A stretch of DNA of 47,319 nucleotides from an uncultured bacterium (GCA_937984275.1 CALJYC010000099.1:1-47319); one strand, 5' to 3'. Positions 1 through 11,438 are shown, counted from the first letter of the stretch. Made by a program: numbers and translations. The notes: generated from the sequence alone by a model not told the origin.

Positions 1-2482
1 CAAGAACATCCTCCCAAGCCTGAATCGCTTGGCGGTGCTTGTCCTGGCTCTCGAGGACCTGTGCCTTGCGCGCGAACAAGGCGATCCGCTGCGTCGGCTC
101 TTCGGTGAGCTTCAGCTCGCGTTCGAGATCGGAGAGGAGATGGGGCCAGTCGTGCTCTTCGGCGCGCACGCGCGCGAGCGCATCGACGGCAGGCCTGTAA
201 CTCGCGTCCGCAGACACCGCGGCCTCGTACGACGCGACCGCCTTGGTCCGATCATCGAGGTGTTCTTCGTATGCCTGCCCGAGCAGGAACGCGGCGCGCG
301 CGCGGAGCCGAGCAGCGCCCGAGTTGCGAAGCTGGAGCTCCAACACGTCGACCAGCTCTTCCCAATCGCCCCGTTCCCGCAACTGCCGCGCCAGCTCTTG
401 AAGTGAGGGCGCGTGCGAAGCGTCGACCTTGATCGCCTCGCGGTGATAGCGAAGGGCATCCTCGTCGCTCCCGAGGCGATCGCGCGAGATCTCAGCCATC
501 TTTTGCAGCAGGGCCACCCGGCGGCCCTTCCCGGACGTGAGCCTCAGCTCCTGGCCGTAGATATCGAGCAAATCGTTCCAACGTCCCGCGGCGTAGTACA
601 GGCGTCCTAGGCTCGAGAGCGTAGGAACATGACGGGGGTCCTTATCGAGCGCGCGACGATAGCGAGCGATTGCCTCATCACGGTCGTCCAGCTGCTCGTC
701 GAGCACCTCTCCGGCCCGGTGCAGCAGTCCGACCAGCCGGTCTCGTTCGACGGTCAGCTCTATCTCATAGTCCAGTGCTTCGAGGAGCTCGCGGGGCCGG
801 TGCGCGCGCGCGGCCGAGCGCTGCCACGCGTGTACTGCCGCGAGGTGCCCCGAGTCCTGCTGCAATACGCGCTTATAGGTTTGGGCCGCAAGGGCATGCT
901 CCCCCAACACGTCTTCGTAGAGCTGCGCGATTTTGAGCAGGTAGGACACAGCCCGTGTGCCCGTCGCCCTGTCCAAAGCGTTTTCGTAGAGCTGAACGAG
1001 CTCCTTGGGCTGGTTCACGTCAGCAAGCAGGCGCGCGAGCGCCTTGAACGCTGTGGGATGGTCAGGCATCGCATTGAGCGAGCGATGGTAGTGATCGATC
1101 GCGTCATCGATGGCGTCGAGCCTGGTTTCGTAGATCTCCGCGGCGCGAGCATGGGAATCCGCCCGCCGTTGTGCATCTGTCGTGTAGCGCGCCTCTTGAA
1201 GACACATGTCGATGAGCTTCGGCCAAGCGCCACGGACCCGGTAGAGGAGGCTCAACGCTTGCAGACTCGAAAGCGACGTGGGGTTGAGCTCGACGGCTTT
1301 CTCGTGCCACGCGATCGCCTGGTCCACGTCGCGTAGCTCCTCTTCATACAGTCGCGCGATGCGCTGCGTATAGGTCAGCTTCTCGTCTTCGTCTTCGCTC
1401 GCTTCAGTCAGCGCCTCGAGGGTCTCGACCAACGCTTGGAGTCGCTGTCCTGCCTCATAGTGGCGCGCCAGCTCACCGAGAATCAACGGGTCCTGAGGGT
1501 GTAAGCTCCGTGCTTGCTCGAGGACCCGGATGGCCTCGTCTCGATTGCCGAGGTGTTCCGCGTGAATGCGCGCAGCCCGATAGAGCGAAGAAGCCTTCAA
1601 AGACGGCTCGGTCGCCCACTGGGCCTCTGCTTCGAGCGTGCGGATCAGATCCCGCCAACGACGCTGCCCGTAGTACAGGCGCTTCAACGCCTGGACCGCG
1701 ATGACCGCGCTCGGGTCGAGCTGAAGGGCCGTTTCGTAGAGCTCGGCGGCTTGCTCAGGACGTTGCTGCCGGCTTTCTAGCAACTGAGCCCGACGGACAA
1801 TCAACGCCGCGCGGTGCCCATCGTCCGCCGCCGCCACGTTTGCGAGCTCGGCGAGGTTCCGGTCCACATCGGGCCAAGTCCGTTCCGCAAAGGAGCGTTG
1901 TTCGGTGGCTCGCAAGATCGCTGCGTGTGATCGATCGAGGGCTCGCGCGGTATGGTACGCCTCCGCGGCTGCTTCGCGATTGCCGAGCACGTCTTCGAGG
2001 AGACGGCCCTTCAATAAGAACAGCGTGGCTTTGTCGCGAGGCTGCCGCGTCACGCGGGCTTCGGCGTCGAACAGCGCGAGCGCTTCGGTAAACATGCGCG
2101 CTCCAAGAAGGAGGCGGCGCGCGGCGCGGATCGCTGGCACATAGTCGGGTGAGCGCTCCAGGGTCGCTTGGTAGTATTGAAGCGCGCGACGCGTGTCCTT
2201 GAGGGGGCCTTCGCAGGTACGCGCCATCTCGAAGTACAGCCGCGCCGCGCGTCGGACGTCCGGTTGGTCGCCTAGCTCGCGCTCGCACTCTTCGAGCCAA
2301 TCGCGTGCACGTCGGGCCCGGTCGACTTTCGCGGACGCGGGCATGCGTGGTGCGTCGGTGGCACGGGCAGGTGGCACGGCAGGCGGCCTGGTGGAGTCGG
2401 GCTCCTCGACGAGATCGTCTTGCCCTAACTCCTGCGTCGCATCGCGACGCAGCAGCGTGATGTCCCCTTCCTCGAACGCCAT
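1..2482 (-). CDS. Large TPR-repeat protein, N-terminal ~827 codons; continues past the left edge of the window
   Basis: Not in the supplied ORF track because it has no in-window stop. A reverse-strand ATG at 2482-2480 opens MAFEEGDITLLRRDATQELGQDD... I hand-translated the frame and spot-checked it near 1000 (DVNQPKELVQLYEN) and at 2-61 (QVLESQDKHRQAIQAWEDVL). Recurrent TPR-like units are present (AIAWHEKAVELNP, AIRVLEQARSLHP, AIARYRRALDKDP, ALRYHREAIKVDA). No other ORF is listed in this frame, as expected if the frame is uninterrupted. Confidence 0.75.
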   Translation of the reverse strand, partial: MAFEEGDITLLRRDATQELGQDDLVEEPDSTRPPAVPPARATDAPRMPASAKVDRARRARDWLEECERELGDQPDVRRAARLYFEMARTCEGPLKDTRRALQYYQATLERSPDYVPAIRAARRLLLGARMFTEALALFDAEARVTRQPRDKATLFLLKGRLLEDVLGNREAAAEAYHTARALDRSHAAILRATEQRSFAERTWPDVDRNLAELANVAAADDGHRAALIVRRAQLLESRQQRPEQAAELYETALQLDPSAVIAVQALKRLYYGQRRWRDLIRTLEAEAQWATEPSLKASSLYRAARIHAEHLGNRDEAIRVLEQARSLHPQDPLILGELARHYEAGQRLQALVETLEALTEASEDEDEKLTYTQRIARLYEEELRDVDQAIAWHEKAVELNPTSLSSLQALSLLYRVRGAWPKLIDMCLQEARYTTDAQRRADSHARAAEIYETRLDAIDDAIDHYHRSLNAMPDHPTAFKALARLLADVNQPKELVQLYENALDRATGTRAVSYLLKIAQLYEDVLGEHALAAQTYKRVLQQDSGHLAAVHAWQRSAARAHRPRELLEALDYEIELTVERDRLVGLLHRAGEVLDEQLDDRDEAIARYRRALDKDPRHVPTLSSLGRLYYAAGRWNDLLDIYGQELRLTSGKGRRVALLQKMAEISRDRLGSDEDALRYHREAIKVDASHAPSLQELARQLRERGDWEELVDVLELQLRNSGAARLRARAAFLLGQAYEEHLDDRTKAVASYEAAVSADASYRPAVDALARVRAEEHDWPHLLSDLERELKLTEEPTQRIALFARKAQVLESQDKHRQAIQAWEDVL

Positions 2483-2576
2483 CTGGCCTACATGCTACCC
2501 CGGCTGCGCGAAGAGCGCACCGGCCGCTAGAAAGGAAAGAGCGGGTAAGCGAACACCCTACACTTGAGCAGGTAGG

Positions 2577-3416
2577 TTAGGCCGCGGGGGCCAGATCCTT
2601 CAGCTCTACCGCAAGCTTTTTCTTGGCCCTCGCTTCGAGCTGGCGGGCACGCTCGCGGCTGACGCCGAGCTCGCGGCCGAGAGAGGCCAACGATGCCGTG
2701 TCGTCACTCAAGATCCGCTTCTCGACGATGAGGCGTTCGCGATCATCGAGCACCGACAGCGCGCCTTCGAGCCGCAACTCGATGCCGCTCTGCCGCCGCT
2801 GTCGAGCGACGACCACGTCCTGTGGCTCAGCGGTCCCGGGGAGCATTTCGACGAGAGTTGCGTCCGAGTCGTGGTAGGCCGGGGCGTCGAGCGAGATTTC
2901 GCGCTGGTCGAGCCGGCGCAGTAGCTCGGTCATCTTTTCGGGGCTCGTGTCGAAATCGGCCGCGAGAGTCGCGATCAGCTCCTCGGGATCGGCGATGACA
3001 TTCGACAGCCGCGCGCGCTCTCGACGCAGGCGGAAGAACAGCTTCGATCGGAATGGGCCGGAGCCAGCGCCGATCATCGTGCTCGAACGAACGACAGCCT
3101 CGAGTACGAAGGCGCGAATCCAATACCCCGCGTAGGTCACGAATCGCGTGCCACGGTGTGGATCGAACTTGCGTACTGCCGTCACCAAGCCGACGCTGCC
3201 TTCGGCGATCAGGTCGCCGAGCGTCACGCCGTAGCGCCGGTACTGCAGCCCAATGGCGATGACGTATCGCAGGTTCGCTTCGACGAGGCGGTCCGCGGCG
3301 TCTTGGTCCCCTTCGTCACGGACGCGTAGGGCGAGCTCGTGCTCTTCTTCGCGGGACAGCTTGGGGATGGCCCGGACTTGCTGAATGTATCGATCGAGTG
3401 AGGCGGATGACTGCAT
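2577..3416 (-). CDS. RNA polymerase sigma-70 family factor, RpoH-like (sigma-32 type)
   Basis: 279 aa. Region 2 motifs are present (DLIAEGSVGLVTAVRKFDPHRGTRFVTYAGYWIR). An RpoH-box-like segment (RSKLFFRLRRER) and a region 4 HTH (SLASLGRELGVSRERARQLEARA) are also present. Confidence 0.85.
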   Translation of the reverse strand: MQSSASLDRYIQQVRAIPKLSREEEHELALRVRDEGDQDAADRLVEANLRYVIAIGLQYRRYGVTLGDLIAEGSVGLVTAVRKFDPHRGTRFVTYAGYWIRAFVLEAVVRSSTMIGAGSGPFRSKLFFRLRRERARLSNVIADPEELIATLAADFDTSPEKMTELLRRLDQREISLDAPAYHDSDATLVEMLPGTAEPQDVVVARQRRQSGIELRLEGALSVLDDRERLIVEKRILSDDTASLASLGRELGVSRERARQLEARAKKKLAVELKDLAPAA

Positions 3417-3440
3417 GATGATGTCCTGTATGCGAGCAAT

Positions 3441-3472
3441 GGGGTTACGTTACGTTACCCCCGGCTGTCAAG
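3441..3472 (-). promoter_or_regulatory. TTGACA hexamer followed by a GGGG-(GTTAC)x3-CCCC imperfect hairpin upstream of the RpoH-like sigma gene
   Basis: The minus strand reads TTGACA (3472-3467), then GCCGGGGGTAACGTAACGTAACCCC. The pentamer GTTAC is repeated 3 times in tandem (plus strand 3444-3458), flanked by complementary G4/C4 runs. I could not find a convincing -10 hexamer at 16-18 nt spacing. Confidence 0.25.
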
Positions 3473-3536
3473 TGCAGTTATCCGGGCCTCCTCAAAGACG
3501 GCCTTGCCCCCACGCAGCGCTGAAATGATTGAGGAA

Positions 3537-3860
3537 TTAGGTGGCGAAGCTAGAGCCACACCCGCAGGTTTGTTTAGCCTGCGGATTTACGAATTTGAAC
3601 CCTGCGCCTTGCAGGCCCTCGACGTAGTCGATCTCGGTGCCTTCGACATACTGCGCGCTCATCATGTCCACGTAGATGGGAATGCCATGCGAGGTGAAGG
3701 TCTGGTCCATGTCGGAGGTCTCGTCCTCGAAGAACAAATCATACGAAAAACCCGCACAACCGCCGCCAATGACCCGCACTCGGAGGCCTTGATCGGCCAG
3801 GCCTTCGGCGTCTCGGATTTCTTTGACCTTCTCTGCGGCTCGGGTGGTGAGGTTCAGCAT
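3537..3860 (-). CDS. erpA: A-type iron-sulfur cluster carrier/insertion protein (ErpA/IscA/HesB family)
   Basis: The internal ATG at 3860 gives 107 aa: MLNLTTRAAEKVKEI...RVRVIGGGCAGFSY...NPQAKQTCGCGSSFAT. It has the three conserved Cys (C-x-n-C-G-C) and the typical family length. The longer track ORF (to 4097) overlaps ygfZ and its N-terminus is Arg/Pro-rich junk. Confidence 0.88.
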   Translation of the reverse strand: MLNLTTRAAEKVKEIRDAEGLADQGLRVRVIGGGCAGFSYDLFFEDETSDMDQTFTSHGIPIYVDMMSAQYVEGTEIDYVEGLQGAGFKFVNPQAKQTCGCGSSFAT

Positions 3861-3927
3861 GATGCTCCTTTGGCGCCTACTATAAGGTCGACCCTCGGTT
3901 CGCGCCAGCACCCTACGTTCCGTACCG

Positions 3928-4854
3928 TCACCTTGGGGAAGGACGCACCCCGGGGCCTTGTTCCACCGGGCCGAGGGCGCGGGCCCGGGCTCCGTCAATC
4001 GCAAAGCCTTCCGGGCCCTCGGTCTCGAATCCGCGCTTGAGATAGCCGAGTGCCGAAACGCCCTCGTGCTCCGGCACGGCCGACGTGATTTCGCCAACGA
4101 CCGTGTCCGCCACGGTAATGGGGGCCTTGGCCCTCGGAGCCTCGGCGCTCTCGATTGCCCACCGCCACAAGACCTTGGGAGCTTTCCCTCGGTTTTCGAG
4201 CATGACCACCGTCTCTTGACCGATGTAGCAACCCTTATTGAATGAGACGGCGATAGGGTTCAACCCACTCTCCTGGGGGTAGGTCCATTCGCCAAAATCG
4301 ACCCCGAAGCGCGGCCGCCCGCGAACAACGTGGGCGTGGTTCCACGCCTGGTCGCTCACCCACCCACCACCGAGCTCGCGACTGCGGGCGATCAAGCGTT
4401 CGAGCTCCGACTCGAGCTCCGCGCTCGACACGACCCATTGCCGGCCTCCGACCCCGAGCCGATCGGCGGGCCACCCTCCCTCTGCGACCTCGCTCGCACC
4501 AGGGCCCTGCGCGGTAATCACGCGCAGGTCGTCGCAAAGCTCGAGGTCGACATCCTCCATGATGATGTAGCGGTCGAAGCGTTCGAGCAGCGCGCTCACC
4601 TGGGCCGCCGGCACGTCCAGCAAGACGTCGTCCTCGCGAACGAGCGCATAGACATCGGCCAGGATCCGTCCTTTGAGGCTGAGGACGAACGCGTACACAG
4701 AGCCTCCGGGCTCGACGCCTTCAACTTGATTGGTGAGCTGCCCCTGCAGCCACTCGCGAGCGTCATCGCCACTGACCGAGATGATCGCGCGGTCACTGAG
4801 CGAAAGCACGCCGACGAAGCGTTGCAGCCAATTGAGCTCGCGTGCGTGCGCCAT
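3928..4854 (-). CDS. ygfZ: Folate-binding YgfZ/GcvT-like protein (Fe-S cluster repair / tRNA-modification associated)
   Basis: Carries the signature KGCYIGQE motif and a GcvT-like N-terminal region. The preferred start is ATG at 4854 (MAHARELNWLQRF...). The track start at 5046 would overlap birA and adds an Arg/Gly-rich extension. Confidence 0.8.
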   Translation of the reverse strand: MAHARELNWLQRFVGVLSLSDRAIISVSGDDAREWLQGQLTNQVEGVEPGGSVYAFVLSLKGRILADVYALVREDDVLLDVPAAQVSALLERFDRYIIMEDVDLELCDDLRVITAQGPGASEVAEGGWPADRLGVGGRQWVVSSAELESELERLIARSRELGGGWVSDQAWNHAHVVRGRPRFGVDFGEWTYPQESGLNPIAVSFNKGCYIGQETVVMLENRGKAPKVLWRWAIESAEAPRAKAPITVADTVVGEITSAVPEHEGVSALGYLKRGFETEGPEGFAIDGARARALGPVEQGPGVRPSPR

Positions 4855-4898
4855 GCGGTAGTTCTGGTGCGCAATCCCTGAGCAGGCAAGTGCTGCGC

Positions 4899-5681
4899 TC
4901 AGTGCTCGATCGGCTCGATGTGCGCCGCGTGAAGGGAGACCATGCCAGCTTCCGCTCGTACGCGCGCCGCTCCGTCGGGGTCGATACCATCGAACACCCC
5001 TTCGCCGTCCTCCCAGCAAACCTGCTCTCCCACCAATGCCAAGCAAGGCCGCAGGGCATCTACCACGACAGCTGCACCGTCTTTAACGAAGCGCTGCACC
5101 CATCGTTCCATGTGAGAGAGGAGGGTGGCTAGCACCTCGACTCGATCGAAAGGTTCGTCATTCCCCTGCTCCGCCCGCAGGGATGTCGCGGCGCCCGCGA
5201 GATCGGGTGGCCATTGTGTGCGGTTGACGTTCAGGCCCACCCCAATGATCACCGAATCGATGCGCATGCCGACCGTTCTGCTCTCGACGAGCACGCCGGC
5301 ACACTTGCGGCGCTCGATCCAGATATCGTTGGGCCACTTCACCAGGACGGAACGGCCGGGCAAGAGGCTCGCGACCGCATCTCGAACCCCGAGCCCCGTG
5401 GCGAGTGTGATGAGCGCGGTCGAGGCGGGCGCCACTGCGGGACGTGTCACCACGGAGAAATAGAGGTCGGCGCCCGGGGGCGAGAGCCACTGCCGCCCAT
5501 GCGCGCCCCGGCCGCGGGTCTGCTGGTCGGCCAACACCACGTGGCCGTCCTTTGCGCCTTCAGCCGCCGCCTCGGACGCATCGTCCATCGTCGAAGCGGT
5601 GCTCTCGTGAACCGTCAACGAGCTCCCCCAGCTTCCGGTTACTCGGCGGCGTAGCTGCTCCGGCCGCAGGTCGTCGATCAC
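4899..5681 (-). CDS. birA: Biotin--[acetyl-CoA-carboxylase] ligase
   Basis: 260 aa. Contains the GRGRxGR-type motif (QQTRGRGAHGRQW) and KWPNDI. There is no N-terminal HTH, so it looks like a group I ligase. Confidence 0.88.
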   Translation of the reverse strand: MIDDLRPEQLRRRVTGSWGSSLTVHESTASTMDDASEAAAEGAKDGHVVLADQQTRGRGAHGRQWLSPPGADLYFSVVTRPAVAPASTALITLATGLGVRDAVASLLPGRSVLVKWPNDIWIERRKCAGVLVESRTVGMRIDSVIIGVGLNVNRTQWPPDLAGAATSLRAEQGNDEPFDRVEVLATLLSHMERWVQRFVKDGAAVVVDALRPCLALVGEQVCWEDGEGVFDGIDPDGAARVRAEAGMVSLHAAHIEPIEH

Positions 5682-5684
5682 GGT

Positions 5685-6533
5685 CTAGACCCAGTCGAGC
5701 CCGAGGTCGCACGAAGGCGACGAGTGAGTGAGCGCACCGACGCTGATCACGTCGACCCCCAGTGCGCCGAGCGCGGCGATGCGCTCTAGCGTGATTCCGC
5801 CCGACACTTCGACGATCGCCTGGCCGTCGACCGACGCGAGCGCATCGCGCACCTCCTCGTCATTGAAGTTGTCGAGCATGACGATGTCGGCTCCGGCCGC
5901 GAGCGCTTCTTCGAGCTGGGCGGGCGTATCGACTTCGCATTCGATGCGGCATGTGTGCGGCGCGTAGGCGCGCGCGCGTTCGATCGCTTGGGTGCACCCA
6001 CCTGCGGCGGCGATGTGGTTGTCTTTGATCAACACGGCCGCGCCCAAATCCTCGCGGTGGTTGTGGCCTCCCCCGCAGCGAACCGCGTAGCGCTCGAAGG
6101 CACGCAATCCCGGTGTCGTCTTACGGGTGTCTGTGATCCTCGTCCCGGAACCACCCGGCAATGCGTCGACAAATGCCCTGGTCATGGTCGCGACTCCGGT
6201 GAGCCGCTGCAGGAAATTCAGCGCAACACGTTCGCCGAGCAGAATCGACGTTGCCGGCCCGCAGAGCGTCGCAATCGAGGTGCCTGCCTCCACCACGTCG
6301 CCATCCTGTACATGGGCGTCGACATCTACCAGAAGGTCGACCTGGGCGAAGACCTCTTCGATGATCGGCAGGCCGCACACGACGACGCGCTCGCGGGCGT
6401 TCAGCGTGGCGGTGCCGAGCGCCGTCGGCTCCACGCAGGCTTCGGAGGTGATGTCTCCGCGATCGATGTCTTCGGAGAGGGCGCGACGGACGGTTTCCGC
6501 GAGAATGGTCGGAGCCGGCGGGGTGGCCTGCAT
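5685..6533 (-). CDS. nadC: Nicotinate-nucleotide pyrophosphorylase (quinolinate phosphoribosyltransferase)
   Basis: 282 aa with LLGERVALNFLQRLTGVAT, DTRKTTPGLR, KDNH, and MLDNF...VEVSGGI motifs, all classic NadC. Confidence 0.92.
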   Translation of the reverse strand: MQATPPAPTILAETVRRALSEDIDRGDITSEACVEPTALGTATLNARERVVVCGLPIIEEVFAQVDLLVDVDAHVQDGDVVEAGTSIATLCGPATSILLGERVALNFLQRLTGVATMTRAFVDALPGGSGTRITDTRKTTPGLRAFERYAVRCGGGHNHREDLGAAVLIKDNHIAAAGGCTQAIERARAYAPHTCRIECEVDTPAQLEEALAAGADIVMLDNFNDEEVRDALASVDGQAIVEVSGGITLERIAALGALGVDVISVGALTHSSPSCDLGLDWV

Positions 6534-6540
6534 GAGTGGG

Positions 6541-7317
6541 TTATAGCCAACTCCGCGCCAGAATCTCGGAATAAAGATTGCTCATCGCGTGGAGCGTGAG
6601 GGCCGCGCCGATTCCGCCACGCCATGCTCGCGTCCATCCGAAGAGAAGGGCAGGGAAAAAGACCGCCAGGCGGGCAGGGTGGGGCTCGACCATGAAGTGA
6701 ATCGCCGCGAACAGAGCCGCCTGGAGCACCCATGCGCCCAGCGCGAGCTCCACGCCGAGCACGCGTAGCCGCTTTGTCGTGAGGTCGCTCAGCGCGGTCT
6801 GCACGTAGCCGCGAAAGAAGGCTTCCTCTGGCAACGCAACTACGATGAGCTGCGCGACTGCAAAGCTTAAAACGTTGGGAGGGAGTGCCAGCGAGAAGTC
6901 TTGTGCAGGCTCGTTCCACCAGCAGAAGCCAACTGCGTAGAGTGGAAACACGACGGCCCCGACGCCGGCCGCCACGCCGAGCTCCACGGCGGCGGACGGG
7001 AGCGCCTTGCGAAACGCTCGCCCGAGGTCGACGAGTCCGAGCGGGCCTACCGGTCGTTCGTCGGTAGCGGGCTCCAGGAGCCCACCGAGCGCAACGCCGT
7101 AGTGTGCAGGGTCGCCACGGGTGAGCCGGATCGCTGTCAGTAGAAAGATGGCCGCGACGACCAAGTGGACGTATTGCCCCACGAAGGCGAGCGGCTCGAG
7201 CCGGGTCACCGCGAAGACGGCCACACACACCAGCGCATATACCTGCACGGTCTGTCGTAGCGATGGGCGCGTGTGAGCCATCGCGCCACAACTACAGCGG
7301 CAGGCGCCCCTTGCCAA
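6541..7317 (-). CDS. CPBP family intramembrane glutamic endopeptidase (CAAX protease / Abi family)
   Basis: Polytopic hydrophobic protein with EEAFFRGY, FAAIHF and LTLHAMSN motifs. The start is uncertain; an alternative ATG lies at 7281 (MAHTRPS). Confidence 0.75.
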   Translation of the reverse strand: MARGACRCSCGAMAHTRPSLRQTVQVYALVCVAVFAVTRLEPLAFVGQYVHLVVAAIFLLTAIRLTRGDPAHYGVALGGLLEPATDERPVGPLGLVDLGRAFRKALPSAAVELGVAAGVGAVVFPLYAVGFCWWNEPAQDFSLALPPNVLSFAVAQLIVVALPEEAFFRGYVQTALSDLTTKRLRVLGVELALGAWVLQAALFAAIHFMVEPHPARLAVFFPALLFGWTRAWRGGIGAALTLHAMSNLYSEILARSWL

Positions 7318-7381
7318 GAAGCAGGCGAAGTCTACACTCCGCGGACTTCATAGGGGCCACGAGCACGGGTGAGGCGCAGCG

Positions 7382-9214
7382 GTGATTTCCGAAGACAAGA
7401 TTGCTGAAATCCGGGAACGCGCCCCCATCGCAGAGGTCATCGGCAACTACGTTGCCCTCAAGAAGTCCGGCAACAGCCTCAGGGGCCTTTGCCCGTTCCA
7501 CAACGAAAAGACGCCATCCTTCTACGTGCACCCAAATCGCGGTTTCTACCACTGCTTTGGGTGCAAAGCGTCAGGCGACGTGTTTTCGTTTTTGATGCAC
7601 GTCGAGGGCAAAACCTTTCCCGAAATTGCGCGCGACCTTGCCGAGCAAACCGGCGTGCAGTTGCCGGTGTACGACCCCGAGCGTGAGGCGGAGTTCCAAC
7701 GCAGCAAGAAGCAGTCGGACCGACTTGCGTCTTTGATGGAGAAGGCAACCGACTTTTACTCCGCGCAGCTGCACGAACATCCCGACGGCGGCGTTGCGCG
7801 CAGCGAGTTCTTGGAACGTGGTATCTCCGAAGAGTCGGCGCGCAGGTTTCGCCTCGGCTATGCGCCTCACGGATGGGACTCGCTTGCGCGCTTCTTGGAG
7901 GGTGCTGGCGCATCGCCTGCGGATGCCGAAGCGGTGGGGCTCATCGTTCCGCGTCGCTCGGGTCGCGGCCATTACGATCGATTCCGGCATCGGTTGATGT
8001 TCCCGATTGCTGATGTGCACGGCAAAGTCGTTGCGTTCAGCGGCCGCGCGTTGTCGCCTGCGCCATCGATGGAAGAGCAGAAAGAACCGCCTGCGAAGTA
8101 CATCAACAGTCCAGAGAGCGAACTCTATCACAAGGGCGAAGTGCTCTACGGGTTGCACGAGGGTCGCGTCGAGATTCGACGCGAAGACGCCACCGTTCTG
8201 TGCGAGGGAAACTTCGATCTCGTCGCGCTTCACCAGGCAGGGTTTCAAAACGCAGTTGCGCCCATGGGCACTGCCTTTACCGCGGCGCATGCCAAGTTGA
8301 TCAAACGCTTTGCGCAGAAGGTCGTGTTGCTGTTCGATGGCGACAAAGCTGGCCGCAAAGCGGTTCGCGAAGCGTACACGGTCGTGCGTAAAGCCGGGCT
8401 GGAAGCTCACGTTGTGACGCTGCCTCAGGGCGCCGACCCGGATAGCTTTCTCAGAGAGCAGGGAGCGGAGTCGCTGCGGATCCGAATCGTGAGCGCGCCC
8501 ACCATTATCGAATATTTAATTGATGATTCTGCGGCGACTGTGGAGCCGAACCCCCACGCAAAGGCCGACGCGATCGCGAAACTTGGTCCGATTCTTGCCG
8601 AGGTTGACAGCCCGATCGAACGCGGCCTCTACGTTGAACGCGTCGCCCGTAAATTCGGGATCGGCGACGTCGGTTTGGTGCGTCGCGAGTTACGTCGCGG
8701 GTTGGGTCGAAGTAGCGATCGCCCCGCACCCCGTCGTGACGCAGTGCAGCAGGCGATTGCAACACCAGTGTCGGAGTTACAGTCGAAGTTGATTTCGCTT
8801 CTGATCGATCAACCAACGTTGATCCACGACGAGCGCGTGCAGAAGCTGCCGAAGCTTTTGACGAGCCCGGATCTTCGCGCCATCTTTGATTCTATCTTGC
8901 GGATGGTGGACAAGCAGGGATCGCTCGAAGTCACGGGCTTGCTGGACGAATTGAATGACAATCAATTCCGGCCGTGGTTGGAAGCAAAGTTGGCAGTGCA
9001 GGAGCACAGCCTCGAAGAGGCACGCCAAATTTTGGATGAAGGCCTTCCACTTCTCGAGCAGAGAAACATCGAACATGAGCTGCCCCGTCTGCAACAACGC
9101 ATCGTCGAAGCGCGCCGAGTTGGCGACGACGCGTTGGCAGCAGGGCTCACTCGAGAGTTTGTGGAGCTGACGCGCAGCGCACACAAGCTCAAGTCGAATA
9201 CCAAGCAGAGGTGA
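7382..9214 (+). CDS. dnaG: DNA primase
   Basis: 610 aa with a GTG start. Has the zinc-ribbon motif [30 protein letters not shown] and a Toprim segment ([16 protein letters not shown]...[12 protein letters not shown]). Confidence 0.95.
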   Translation: MISEDKIAEIRERAPIAEVIGNYVALKKSGNSLRGLCPFHNEKTPSFYVHPNRGFYHCFGCKASGDVFSFLMHVEGKTFPEIARDLAEQTGVQLPVYDPEREAEFQRSKKQSDRLASLMEKATDFYSAQLHEHPDGGVARSEFLERGISEESARRFRLGYAPHGWDSLARFLEGAGASPADAEAVGLIVPRRSGRGHYDRFRHRLMFPIADVHGKVVAFSGRALSPAPSMEEQKEPPAKYINSPESELYHKGEVLYGLHEGRVEIRREDATVLCEGNFDLVALHQAGFQNAVAPMGTAFTAAHAKLIKRFAQKVVLLFDGDKAGRKAVREAYTVVRKAGLEAHVVTLPQGADPDSFLREQGAESLRIRIVSAPTIIEYLIDDSAATVEPNPHAKADAIAKLGPILAEVDSPIERGLYVERVARKFGIGDVGLVRRELRRGLGRSSDRPAPRRDAVQQAIATPVSELQSKLISLLIDQPTLIHDERVQKLPKLLTSPDLRAIFDSILRMVDKQGSLEVTGLLDELNDNQFRPWLEAKLAVQEHSLEEARQILDEGLPLLEQRNIEHELPRLQQRIVEARRVGDDALAAGLTREFVELTRSAHKLKSNTKQR

Positions 9215-9216
9215 AG

Positions 9217-11067
<1,851 letters not shown>

Positions 11068-11319
11068 CCGGGGCCCGAGGGAACGCGACACGCAGATCCC
11101 GCGGACGGGGCGGCCTGCAAATGTGGCCGGATAGACTGGGGAGCTTGGGCCACGCACGCCGCCCCTCGGTGCTCGCGCCAATCGGCGGTGGTTGCTTCCA
11201 TGGCCGATTGTCACTCACACGCCGCTGGATCCGCGCATCGCGTTCCCCCGTGCCCCTCCGTAAGACACTGGCTAAACCCACGTCCCATTGGGGTACCCCC
11301 GTACGTCGACTTCTACATA

Positions 11320-11438
11320 GGAGAACGGCTCGGGATGGGCAGCACAGCGATTGGGTCGGCGCCTAGCCGTGTGTCGACGTATGGAGCCTTGGCGACGGGG
11401 CTCCCAATTGCGAGCACGCCCGTCGCGAGCCGTTCTCC
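11320..11438 (+). ncRNA. Candidate structured RNA or long imperfect hairpin element (function unknown)
   Basis: A perfect 13-bp inverted repeat GGAGAACGGCTCG (11320-11332) / CGAGCCGTTCTCC (11426-11438) closes the element. It is extended by 7 bp (11334-11340 with 11418-11424, one U-G pair) and by 9 bp (11347-11355 with 11403-11411, one G-U pair). Two small apical hairpins follow. The G-U pairs only work on the plus strand. Confidence 0.3.

Noticed and set aside
3444-3458. Short tandem repeats and palindromes considered as a CRISPR array
   Set aside because: The units are 5 nt with no spacers. Nowhere in the window are there 24-40 nt repeats separated by unique spacers, and there are no cas genes.
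7318-7381. Absence of rpsU upstream of dnaG-rpoD (incomplete macromolecular-synthesis operon)
   Set aside because: It is real as an observation: the 64-nt spacer is divergent from the CPBP gene and too short for rpsU. But rpsU is unlinked from dnaG in many bacteria, so it is not noteworthy.
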